This document shows positions 25,441 to 37,516 of a stretch of DNA of 57,425 bases, in pieces; positions within the stretch are counted from its first letter, which is position 1, and every line of letters starts with the position of its first letter. The notes under the pieces were generated by a model. It saw nothing but the letters and a program-made list of their open reading frames with translations, did not search any database and was not told where the DNA came from. The DNA comes from Octopus bimaculoides (Eukaryota). The position numbers were made by a program, and so were the translations under genes. The stretch is taken from positions 46,363,676-46,421,100 of the forward strand of contig NC_068985.1 in NCBI RefSeq assembly GCF_001194135.2. Direction: 5' to 3'.

Positions 25441-25828
25441 AAACAAACAAATTTCCTTGGTAGAAAGATCCTTGAACTTAATGGCATAAATGGCGTGTTG
25501 CTAGAGTGGCTCGTCCTCTTCCCCTATCACTGTGTTTATGATTACATCGTGTTGTTGTTGTTGTTCTAGTTGTTTTTGTTACAGATCTTTAACTGTTTAT
25601 TAATTTAGCTGTGTTGATTGAGTTTATAGGATTTGTGTGTATTTTAATGTTGATATTATTATTATTATACAGATTTTACGATTATTGCAGTTAATACACT
25701 TCCATCTATTTTGCCATCCACAAGTTTGAAAGTTCATATTCTTTCGTTGGCTTTACACTGGCTGAAATCATTTAACTGTTTCTCTTCCTCTCCCTCACTC
25801 TTGAGCCAGTCCAGTTGGAGTGGAGGTA

Positions 25829-26414
25829 CAGGCATGACTGTGCGGTAAAAAGCTTGCTTCCCAACCAGATGGTTCCGGGTTCAGTCCCACTGTGTGACAC
25901 CTTAGGCAAGTGTCTGCTACTATAGCCTCAGGCTGGCCAAAGCCTTGCGAGTGGATTTGGTAGAAACTGAAAGAACTCTGCCACATACATATATGCTGCA
26001 TGCATGCATGCATACATACATACATACATATGTAAGTATTTGTGTGTATGCGTTTGTCCCCCCCCCCACCCACCGTCATCGCTTGACAACTGATGCTGGT
26101 GTGTTTATGTCCCCATAACTTAGCGTTTTGGCAAAAGACACTGATAAAATAAGTATGAGATTTACAAAGAAGTGGTTGGCGTTAGGAAGGGCATCCAGCT
26201 GTAGAAACTGCCAAATCAGATTGGAGCCTGGTGTAGCCATCCAGTTTCACCAGTCCTCAGTCAAATCGTCTAACCCATGCTAGCATGGAAAGCGGACGTT
26301 AAATGATGATGATGATGATGAAGTCCTGGGGTTGATTTATTTGACTAAAACCCTTTAAAACTCATGCTTCAGCATGGCCGTAGTCAAATGACTAAAACAA
26401 GCAAAAAAAAAAAA
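25829..26414 (+). mobile_element. SINE family C interrupted by a family A insertion
   Basis: Family C sequence ...TTTACAAAGA|AAGTCCTGGGG... is split by 26171-26320; compare the uninterrupted copy at 56641. Confidence 0.85.
26171..26320 (+). mobile_element. Family A retroelement 3' end (150 bp), nested
   Basis: AGTGGTTGGCGTTAGGAAGGGCATCC...GGAAAGCGGACGTTAAAT(GAT)n. Confidence 0.9.
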
Positions 26415-27063
26415 ATGAAAGAATTTAATGATTACAACTTTGGAACCATTGTATACTCAGCTTACACAACAGATTTCAAACACCCCTTTGGTCTTGGAAT
26501 AGGCAATTGGAAACTACCTTTGGGAATTCTCTTTGAAAAATTCTGTAAATTGAGAGATTACTTTGGGTTCAGTTTCTCGATATAGCAGAAAAACAAATTA
26601 AATAACTTCATGACACTGTGTTTTAATCTATTATTAAAGCTATAACTACTAATACTACTGCTATTTTTACCTTTTGTTAAGGGTGTAGCCACTGGGAGAA
26701 AAGCAGCATCCATGAAATGTTTCATGCTCTTTGAGATTGGTGGGAAGATGGGAGGCTGATATCCTTAGGCAAGAGACCTGCTCTAAGTGCTTCCAACAAG
26801 ACACCTGCTCTAAGTACTTGCAACACAGTGGATTCTACCAAAAGTACCCATGGGTTACATAGTAATCTTTAACTGGGTGACAATCAAAGATCATCACCTA
26901 AATTCCTGTAAATCTCCCCCACACACACACACATTCACATTAGATTTATAAACAATTTATATTTACAAGTATTATATGTGTATGCATGTATGTGTATCAT
27001 CATCATCATCGTTTAACGTCCGCTTTCCATGCTAGCATGGGTTGGACGATTTGACTGAGGATG

Positions 27064-27111
<48 letters not shown>

Positions 27112-27733
27112 CGCGCGTGTATATATACATATGTACATATATATGTGTGTATGTGTGTATGTATGTGTATATGCATACACCATTTACAACTTTCTTACCC
27201 TAATTTAGTGGTTAACAAACATACATAATTCTTGATTGTCTGGTTCTGTCTCATACTTCTTCTCTCTCTCTCTNNNNNNNNNNCTCTCTGTCTCTCTCTC
27301 TCTCTTACTTCTCTCTCTCTCTCTATCTCTCTCTCATACTTCTCTCTCTCTCTATCTCTCTCTCATACTTCTCTCTCTCTCTATCTCTCTCTTTCATCCA
27401 TCTATCTATCTAAATAGTTATATAAATTTTTTTATTCTATTTAGTATCAGTGATCAGGAGTGGTAGATCAAACAGACATTCATTATCTTCTCACCCCTTG
27501 GGTATATATTTGTATATTTGTCCTTCCTCTAATACCTGGAGCTGGTTACTGAAGCACATTATTCCAACACCAATCTAAATAGTTATCTTAATCCTCTCCC
27601 TTTAGATACATAAGCTCAGTTGTTGTTGTTTAACACCAGGTCAGCCTTTGGTGTACACAGTCTGTTTAGGAAACAATCCAACCTGCTGTGTTTAATCCTT
27701 CCGTAACTACATCATTTATAATCAATATGATCT

Positions 27734-28072
27734 GTGGAGGCGCAATGGCCCAGTGGTTAGGGCAGTGGACTCGTGGTCATAGGATCGCGGTTTCGATTCC
27801 CAGACCGGGCGTTGTGAGTGTTTATTGAGCGGAAACACCTGAAGCTCCACAAGGCACAGGCAGGGGATGGTGGCGAACCCTGCTGTACTCTTTCACCACA
27901 ACTTTCACTCTTACTTCCTGTTTCTGTTGTACCTCTATTTCAAAGGGCCAGCCTTGTCACACTGTGTCACGCTGAATATCCCTGAGAACTACGTTAAGGG
28001 TACACGTGTCTGTGGAGTGCTCAGCCACTTGCACGTTAATTTCACGAGCAGGCTGTTCCGTTGATTGGATCA
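27734..28072 (+). mobile_element. SINE family B, 3' end lost in gap
   Basis: A- and B-boxes; closely matches the reverse complement of 22918-23300. Confidence 0.9.
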
Positions 28073-28373
28073 NNNNNNNNNNNNNNNNNNNNNNNNNNNN
28101 NNNNNNNNNNNNNNNNNNNNNNNNNNNNNNNNNNNNNNNNNNNNNNNNNNNNNNNNNNNNNNNNNNNNNNNNNNNNNNNNNNNNNNNNNNNNNNNNNNNN
28201 NNNNNNNNNNNNNNNNNNNNNNNNNNNNNNNNNNNNNNNNNNNNNNNNNNNNNNNTGTGTGTAGATATGATCGTGATGGTGTTGACTGACTGAAATCTCA
28301 CGATGTCATTCATGTTATAATTAGATTTTGATCAAGATTTTAATTTAAACTTAAAGTCTTCAGCATGGTTGGT

Positions 28374-28710
28374 AAAAGGTAAGGGCAAAGACCCCCTTTG
28401 GTTATGAACGACCATGGGATTGCACCTAGAAAGTTACCCTCTGAGGCACAAGTCCAAACAAGGCTGTTTATGGAAGACCAGCAGTCGCCCATGCATACCA
28501 GCCTCCTCTCTTCATGACACCGATGTTATCCAAGGGAAAGGCAAAGGCTGATACAGCTTGGCACCAGTGATGCTGCAATTAATCTCTACAGCTTAGTGAA
28601 CTGGAGCAATGTGAAATAAAGTGTCTTGCTCAAGAAAACAACACACAGCCCAGTTTGGGAATCGAATTCATAACCTCATGATTGTGAGCCCGATGCTCTA
28701 ACCACTAGAC
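28374..28710 (-). mobile_element. SINE family D
   Basis: Reverse complement of 11594-11910. Confidence 0.85.
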
Positions 28711-29149
28711 CAGGATGAGATGATAAAGTTTAATTTGAAGAATATTTTGCTGCTATTTCCAGCATGTTAATAACCAATTAACTCAACACAAGGCTCAGTA
28801 TGAATTAACAGTAGTAATTAACAACAACAGAGCTCACAGTTCAAACCATAGTTGACTGCTAAAACTTTTGCTATACTTTAACCCAACATAATTGTAACCA
28901 TTGATAGGAATGCCAAACTCTCCTTCCTAACCATTCCCATCCTCTCTTCTATCATGTGAGTAACTGAGTGCCTCCACTGTTACAAGAAACCCTTTGCTCA
29001 CAATTTTACTCCTGATCTCTAGTATAAAACTACTTCCCTTTCTACTGTAGCCCCATCCAATCAAAGGTGATCTTAGTTTTGCAGGCTGCACAGTGACCTC
29101 ACTAGTACTGGTGCCATGAAGCAATACTCAGTACATACTGTAAAATAGT

Positions 29150-29290
29150 TGACTTTAGGAAGGGCATCCAGTTGCAGAAACCTTACTAAAGCAGACACTG
29201 GAGCATGATGCAGTGTTTGAACCTGTCGGATACTGTCAGACCATCCAACCCATACTAGCATAAACACATGAATTTTAAATGATGATGACA
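29150..29290 (+). mobile_element. Family A retroelement 3' end, diverged
   Basis: TTAGGAAGGGCATCCAGTTGCAGAAAC...CCAACCCATACTAGCAT...(GAT)n. Confidence 0.7.
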
Positions 29291-31311
29291 ATAGCTGATG
29301 GTCAAAGAGGCATATACTGAAAAGCATTTTATTCGTGACCATCCTGGTTTTTCAGGCATTCACTATCCAGTGTGGCTTCCCTTTTTGAAGAAGATAAGGT
29401 GTAATTTGAATGACAAAATGTAGATGTTGTTTCTTTTAACTACATGACACTCTCTCTCTTTGGAGTGATGTCAGCTGTGTTCCTGTTAATACCAGTCAGT
29501 TTCTCAGACCTTCATTTTGCTTTTCAGCAGTACTGTGATTATGTAGTGCCATCCATTGGCTATTATTTTGCAGTGCTATGCACTGGTTATTAGTATGAAC
29601 ACTAGTTGTTGCATAATACCATTCACTGGCTACTAGACTTTACTTTTATAGTCACTTTGTAGGAAATTTAAAAGTGTTCATTAAAAATGGTAATTATTGA
29701 GGAATGATTTTATTTTTTTTGTTCATTTTCTCATTGCGTCATTTGATGTTTGATGTGTGTGTGTATGTGTGCGCGCGTGCGTGCCTATCTGTCTGTCCGT
29801 CTATGTATGCATATATCAATATTTCATTTCTACATTGTAATGAAACAAAATTCGTATGAAAGAAAGCAGTAAAANNNNNNNNNNNNNNNNNNNNNNNNNN
29901 NNNNNNNNNNNNNNNNNNNNNNNNNNNNNNNNNNNNNNNNNNNNNTTTTTTTTTTTTTTTTTTTTCTTACTTCATTAAAACTTTTGGAAATGTATCAAAA
30001 TGTATCGATAATATTGAATAATGCCTTAAGAGAGCAGAGAAAAAGGAAGATTGACAAACAAAACTTCTTAAAAAAAAAAAAATCCTGTATTGTTCCTCTC
30101 ATTTATTTTCTTGAAGAAGAGCAGAGCTGGTTAATATTTTCTACCTGTATGGTAAGCTGCCATTCGCATGTGCTTGTTATGTTCAAACATTACTAGAGTC
30201 GACTGTTTACAGAACTGGATGCCTATCTTAATTAATGTAACTAACCCACATTGAACCACTGAGTGGAAATAATAAGACACTTAACACAAGAAATTAAATG
30301 TAATACTCGTGAATATATCATAGTGCCTGTTGTAGGTTTTGAAACCCAATCAACTCACTAGCAATAAACTAAATTAATTTATACATCACATCATGTCTTC
30401 ATCTGTGTTATAATAGAATATAAAAGGTTATATGCACAATGTCTTCCTCTCTGTATGGTAGAATATAAAGGTTATTAGATGTTGAATCTTTATTCTTACC
30501 TCTTACATCTGAAATATTTTTTTCTATTCCACTATAAGCTATATTGACATCACTTCCACCACCTTCAGTTTATTACTATACAAGTACTTTTGCCATTACA
30601 ATGACCTAACTTAGATAATATAACCGCTACCACTGTGACTGTATCCATTAACTGTACCAATGCTACTTCTCTCTAAAGACCAATACAAATAACATCCAAA
30701 ACTAACACCACTATCTCTATTCTCCTGCCATATCATCCCACAGTAGCTACAGAATGATTTCGGATTTACTACAACAGTGGTAATGCTAGAGGTCATCATT
30801 TTACCCAACATATTCTCAATAATGATAATGTGAGCCGAACACTACGCATGCAACATACACATCTTATTTTTTAAGACTTGGGCAACATTCCAAGTTTCTA
30901 AGATAAAGGAAATTTCCAATTCCTGTTTCCCCATTCAGATGTTACTTGCCGGCGCCATATTAAATGTATTTTTGGTAAAATTACATTCTCACTTTCTTTC
31001 CTTCTTTCTCTCTCTCCTTTACATATACACACAAACTTACACGTTCATACACGCATACATACACCGACACTTTACTCTTGATTTACCATTCCGAAAGTCT
31101 GTTTATTTAAGATTATTGGCAGATGTTTATTTGTGAAGTGGGTACTGGTACCTATTTTCCAGCTGGGTGGACTGACTTTTTAAGCATCTTAGAGTAAAAA
31201 AAAAATTTTTTTTTTGTTTCCTTTTGCCCAGAGCAGAGACACAATGCAATGCTTAGGTTAGGACTTGAAACAAATATAGACTTGGAACAAAGTCCAGTCC
31301 CTTGTATATTT

Positions 31312-31555
31312 ATGTATGTGTGGGAGTGGTAGTTATCCCACATATATTTATATATTGGGTGTGTATATGCATATACAATGGTAAAAATATCACACAAACG
31401 CATATAGTGAATGCATGTGTGAGAGTAGAAGCCATTCCAAACGTATGCATATATTGTGGGTGTCTGTATGTGTGGAAGCAATAATCATCCTACACCTACA
31501 TGTGTAAATTGTGGGTTTGTGTTTCTGTGGAAGTGGTTGTCATCCCAAACACTCA
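31312..31555. repeat. Degenerate ~55-bp minisatellite, about 4 copies
   Basis: Recurrent TGTGTGG(G/A)AG...AT(C/T)CC..AC...ATTGTGGGTGT near 31315, 31414, 31467 and 31523. Confidence 0.5.
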
Positions 31556-32874
31556 AGAGACTTACTGTATTCATATATGTAATTGTATCTTTGTCTTCTG
31601 TATTGATTAGAACTGAAATGGTCAAGTAATTATAAAAAGCTGTGTTATGTTACAGGCCAGTCATTGTCAGATACTTTCAGATAACCTAACTGAATTAAGT
31701 CAGGTATAAAAAAGGAAAAAAAAAAAAAAGAAGGAAAATCACACAAGGAGACCAGTGATGGTTTACTTCAGGAAGTTCATAAATTTGTCTACGTTTTAAT
31801 GTTGTATTGTTTCCCCTGCAGTATAAAAACTCATATCAAAATCCACAAACTTTACTGAAGTTAATTTCCCTTTTGTCAATATTTGATTGAGCAGTTGTCA
31901 TTAGAGTAGGTGTCTGTATCAAATTTACTTCTAACAATTCACCCAAGAATGATTTGACTGACTTTGTAGAACCATCAAACCCATAGAAAAGTAATGCACG
32001 CAACAAAAGTAAAAGCATAGAACAAGCAAATGTTTACAAAAGAGAGAAAAAAAAGAAGAAAGAATGAAGGGAAAAGAAAAAGAAATTACATTACAGCCTC
32101 CTGGAAAAAAACCCAAAAAACAAAAAAAAAAACGTCCCCCAAATTTCCACTAATTTCTGCACTGGTATGACAGGTTTTTACTTCACTCCAACCCCTTTTT
32201 GTTGTTGAATATCACTGCCATTTAATTTGCAATCTGTCAGATCTGAAGTTGTAGTTAATGGGAGAGGCAGGGTCTAAAAGCTCTGGTAGCTTGCTATCCT
32301 GGTTTCAACCATAGAGCATTGTTTGCTGTCAAACTCCATCCTCTATTTAATCAAGCTAAACATACTACTACTAGCTCCATTTATGGTGCTGCTACTGTGT
32401 ATACATTACATACAAGGGTGGTGCTGACCTTCTGATTTCAGGAAACTACTTCGATATTTAAACTACCAACACCATCACCACCACCACCACCACCACCACC
32501 ACCGTCACCACCNNNNNNNNNNNNNNNNNNNNNNNNNNNNNNNNNNNNNNNNNNNNNNNNNNNNNNNNNNNNNNNNNNNNNNNNNNNNNNNNNNNNNNNN
32601 NNNNNNNNNNNNNNNNNNNNNNNNNNNNNNNNNNNNNNNNNNNNNNNNNNNNNNNNNNNNNNNNNNNNNNNNNNNNNNNNNNNNNNNNNTTTTCTTGTGT
32701 TGGACCCTCACACCTTAGGGTTGTTACTTCTGTGTAACACTCAATGAAAGGTGATGATGAAGAAGTGGGGGTGAGGTGGGGATAAAAGGAATTAAGACTT
32801 TTTGAAGAGTCACTTTTGATTATTTTACAAAAAAAAACAAAACAAAAAAACTTGGAGCTATCTTTAACACTCAG

Positions 32875-33230
32875 GTGTGGCTGTGTAGTAAGAAGTTTGC
32901 TTCTCAACCACCTGGTTCCAGGTTCAGTCTTACTGCATGGCACTTTGGTTGAGTGACTTCTACTATAGCTCCAGGTCAACCAAAGCCTTGTGAGTGGATT
33001 TGGTTGACGGAAACTGACTGTGTCTTTGTGCTTGTGTTTGTTCCCCATCACCACTTGACACCTGGTGTTGGTTTGTTTATCTCCCTCTGACTTAGCGGTT
33101 TGTCAAAAGGTGGACAATAGAAGCACCAGACTTAAAAAAGGAACAAGCACCAGGGCTGATTTGTTCAACTAAAGCCTTCAAGGCAGTGCTCCAGCATGGC
33201 CACAGTCCAATGACTGAAACCAGTAAAAGA
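32875..33230 (+). mobile_element. SINE family C, near full length
   Basis: Head, core and 3' GTGCTCCAGCATGGCCACAGTCCAATGACTGAAAC end. Confidence 0.85.
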
Positions 33231-33537
33231 TAAATGCCAAAATGTATATTGGTTGTAGGAATGGTAATATTGGTGTTCGCGATGATGATGATGATGATGT
33301 TCATGATGATAATGGCATTGGTTTGTGTAGCAGTAATTGTGGCGGTGATATTAGCGATAATATCACTCTAATAATCCCGATGACGATGATGATGATGATG
33401 ATATAAAACAGTGGTTGATTATGATTGCTATGGACAGGCTTTGGAAAAGTGGATTCAGGTTGTTAAATCCAATCTAGAAGAATCAGATTTGACAAAGGAA
33501 ACTGCCTGTTTAGAGACATTAACAGACGTTGTTAGTG

Positions 33538-33577
<40 letters not shown>

Positions 33578-34099
33578 CTTTGACTATCATTACAGATTAA
33601 GGTAAAGGGGAAATTGATGGTAGTGGTTGAGGTAATGATACAGTGGTGGAAATGGTATAAGTGGAGGTGGTGTGGGTGGAGAATTGGTGGTGTAGTGATG
33701 GGGGTGGGTGGAGGTAATGGTGTTGATGGTAGTATGAGTGGGAGGCAGTAATGGTGTTAGTTGCAATGGTGTAGGCAATGGTATTGGTGGTAATACCATT
33801 AGTGTGATTGTAGTGAGGGTGATAACAGTATAAGTAGTGGTCCTGGGAGTAATGACAGTGGTAAAGGTGGTAGTGGTAGTTGTGCTCTTAGTTGGTGTGG
33901 TAACAGTATGAGGGGTGATTGTGGCATGTGCGTGATAGTATGTATTTACCTGACAAAGTTCTAGAGGGTTGGATCACATGACAAAAGGTCAATGGTATGT
34001 AGTACTACTACTATATTATGTCCATGGCAAGGACACTTAACATTCAGTACAGCCATGTGTGTGTCTAATTCAAGATAAATGCTGTAAGATGGTATAGAG

Positions 34100-34395
34100 C
34101 AGGGGTTTTCAAACTTTTTGACTTGCAGACCCCTTTATATTTCAGGCTTTACCTTAGGGACCCCCTTATAAATGCTTATGAAATTTATACATAAATATTT
34201 GCTTAAAATAACATATATTTTTACATTTATTTATTTAACAGTATTTAACAAATAGGTCTATTGTCAATTAAAAGATTTCGATTAAAAAACATATGTAAAA
34301 TCAAATTGCCCATAAAAAGTATTTGCTGTCCATGGACCCCCTATCTTGTCCTTGCGGACCCCTGTGGTCCGCGGACCACAGTTTGAAAACCCCTG
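34100..34395. mobile_element. hAT-type MITE (296 bp)
   Basis: TIR CAGGGGTTTTCAAACT at both ends; perfect 8-bp TSD GTATAGAG at 34092-34099 and 34396-34403. Confidence 0.95.
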
Positions 34396-34467
34396 GTATA
34401 GAGAATTGCTACTGACAGTAAGAACATCTGAAAATTGACAAAGTATGTTGTTCTTTGCTTGTAGTTG

Positions 34468-34930
34468 TCATCATCATCATCATCATTTAATATCTTTTTT
34501 CCATGTTAGCATAGGTTGGATGGTTTGACAGTGCCTGGTAAGTCAGAAGGCTATGCGAAGCTCTACTGTCGGCTTTGACATGGTTTCTATAGCAGGATGC
34601 CCTTCCTCATGCCAACCACTTTACAGAGTGTACTGCGTGCTTTTTACATGGTACCAGCAGCAGTGAGGCCACCAAATAATTCACATGACTTATGGTCAAA
34701 GGCCTTTTAATCTTGACCATATCATCATAATCAATAAACATCCATTGTCCATACTGGCATGGGTTGGGTGGTTCGACTAGGGATAGTAAGCTGGAAGGCT
34801 GCACCAGACTCCAGTCTGATTTGGGATGGTTTTCTACAGTTGGATGTGTGTATGTGTGAGAGTGTAATGGGTGCTTTTACGTGCCTCGAGCATGGGTGCC
34901 ATTTGCATGACACCAGAATCTGCCATGACT
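34468..34930 (-). mobile_element. Two decayed family A 3' ends in tandem
   Basis: (CAT)n plus CCATG..AGCAT.GGTTGG at ~34470-34650 and again at ~34738-34930. Confidence 0.65.
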
Positions 34931-34996
34931 GTGATTTTGCTCAGCTTGATGGGTCTTCTTTTCAAGCACAACATAATGCTAAGGGTCTTGTTCATT

Positions 34997-35189
34997 GCTT
35001 CCGTGAGGTCCAACACTTGAAAAGAATTCAGCTACTTTGTCTTCCTGAGACCCAATGCTCAAAAGGAACTCAGCCACTTTCCCTCCGTGAGGCCCAACAC
35101 CTGAAAGAAACTCAGCCACTTTGCCTCCATGAGGCCCAGCGCTTGAAAAGAATGCAGCCACTTTGCCCCCATGAGGCCCAATGCTCGAA
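34997..35189. repeat. 42-bp GC-richer minisatellite, ~4.6 copies
   Basis: Units start at 34997, 35039, 35081, 35123 and 35165; approximate consensus GCCTCCGTGAGGCCCAACACTTGAAAAGAACTCAGCCACTTT. Confidence 0.9.
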
Positions 35190-36864
35190 CGGTGCTCTTT
35201 ATGGGCCACCAGCACAGGTGTCAGGTGCGTGACACCAGTATCAGCCATGACTATGATTTCAATTATCTTTTGTATTTTCAGAATTAGATTCTCCATTTCC
35301 ATTGCCATTTTTTTTAATGGTAGGGTGTAATATGAAGTTGAACAATTATGTATAGGTTTTTTCTTTGAATAAAGCTGAGCAAAAACTAAACTGTTTATGA
35401 CAACTTCAGCCCTCAAGATTTATCTATGTTTCTTGTCAACCCTGTAAGTTTTTTTTAATAGTACTTGGACCCAGCAATTTCTTAATCTATTTTGTGTGTG
35501 ACATGTATAATATTCCAGTTTGTGTATATTTGTCTGTGAGGAGTACTGATTTCAGGAAGGTGGTGGTGCTGTTTTGGAGCACTCCTGGTGTCTATATAGT
35601 TTATGGTAGGTGATTGAGGATGTATGGTTATAAAGATTGTATTGGCTGAATCAAATTGTCGTTCCTTGAGTGTCTGAATGGTTTTAAACTTTCATATGAG
35701 AATGTGATATTTATACATACATACAAACATTTGTACATACATAGTTGTTTGAAAATGTTGTGTTTATATCATGTAACAGTGACCCACTGATAGAAATCCA
35801 GTCTAGGTATAGATTTATTGTAGAAAAAATCTGCTGATGCCTGCTAATAAAAAAAGTAAACCATGCTTGGTATGTTGGGCATGTGGATTAAGCTGAAGCA
35901 TTTTAATGGCTATAGACTTGTTGAATGAAGAAATGATTTTAACTACACAAAGCATCAAAAACAACCATTCATTGTTCAGATCTGAAGTTGGTTTGGTGCA
36001 TCTCATGGGCGGAGGAGATTACAAAAAGACCCTATTTATTGGAAAGCACATGATATGGGAGAAAACCCACGTGTCTTCCTATCATCTGTCCTAAAATGGA
36101 TAATAACATTGTATTGTGTATGTTGTGTGCATGTAAATATATATATCAACCCATGCTAGCATGGAAAGCGGACGTTAAATGATGATGATGATGATATATC
36201 AGTTGAATAAAGTTAAAACACGCTCTGGTTTTCACGTTTTTTTATTATGGTATTATTAGCCACCTACACTTTTCTCTGCAAAATAGGGATAGTTTATCCT
36301 GTTCAGGCTATATTATTAGCATTATTCTGCGATTGAGAATTTTAAATCACTTCTTTAACTTTCTAAGACATCTCAACGCTTCTAAAGGCAAACTTCGTTT
36401 GTTTATTTACGTTCATCGTAATTTGAATTTAACATTAAAAAAATATTTTGTAATGTTCATAAAGTTTGATTAGCGCTTTCATACGTTTGGTAGTAATAAT
36501 CAGATTTCAAATATATTTAACTGACAGTTGAGTTCTTGACAACTGTAGTACCTTTTAGAACGCTCTAACAAGCTGAATTTATGGAATATATTCAGGCATG
36601 TATCATTTGACATATATATATACATGAGTGCATGTATGTACGCACATGTAACATTCCTCGTTCTTCTGCACTCTGCCCACACTTACAGCTTATATTTGAA
36701 AGAAAAACAATGCAGAAATAAATATGTTTATATTGAGAAATAATGATGAGGAGGATATTGATGATGGTCACGTCTGTGTTGGGGTGTTTGAACTCCTTAC
36801 CTAACTTCTTGTTCATATCACTCTGTTTCTCCCCAATAATATTCTCAATTCTTTCAACCTCTTA

Positions 36865-37516
36865 CTCTCTCTCTCTGTCTATCTCTCTCTCTGTCTATCT
36901 CTCTCTCTGTCTATTTCTCTCTGTGTCTATCTCTCTCTGTGTCTTTTTCTCTCTCTGTCTATCTCTCTCTGTGTCTATCTCTCTCTCTGTCTATCTCTCT
37001 CTGTGTCTATTTCTCTCTGTGTCTATCTCTCTCTGTGTCTATTTCTCTCTGTGTCTATCTCTCTCTCTGTCTATCTCTCTCTGTCTATCTCTCTCTGTGT
37101 CTATCTCTCTCTCTGTCTATTTCTCTCTGTGTCTATCTCTCTCTCTGTCTATTTCTCTCTGTGTCTATCTCTCTCTGTGTCTATCTCTCTCTGTGTCTAT
37201 CTCTCTCTCTGTCTATCTCTCTCTCTGTCTATCTCTCTCTCTCTGTCTATCTCTCTCTCTGTCTATCTCTCTCTCTGTCTATCTCTCTCTGTGTTTATCT
37301 CTCTCTGTGTCTATTTCTCTCTGTGTCTATCTCTTTCTCTGTCTATTTCTCTCTGTGTCTATCTCTCTCTCTGTCTATCTCTCTCTGTGTCTATCTCTCT
37401 CTGTGTCTATCTCTCTGTGTGTCTATCTCTCTCTGTGTGTGTCTCTCTCTCTGTCTATCTCTCTCTCTCTGTCTATCTCTCTCTCTCTCTATCTCTCTCT
37501 GTGTCTATCTCTCTCT
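36865..37516. repeat. Compound (CT)n/GT/CTAT minisatellite, ~650 bp
   Basis: Units such as CTCTCTCTGTGTCTAT with variable CT number. Confidence 0.95.

Noticed and set aside
27734-27810. tRNA gene (also heads at 11594, 23300, 37984)
   Set aside because: A/B boxes are present but each continues into a shared SINE body; no acceptor stem or terminator.
30611-30860. Coding exon
   Set aside because: Candidate acceptor/donor combinations give stops or unconvincing peptides; composition fits a decayed (ACC/ACT)n tract.
33590-33940. Pro/Thr- or Gly/Val-rich ORF
   Set aside because: Degenerate (GGT)n tract.
34997-35189. CRISPR-like regular repeats
   Set aside because: Contiguous 42-bp tandem units with no unique spacers, no cas genes, in eukaryotic DNA.
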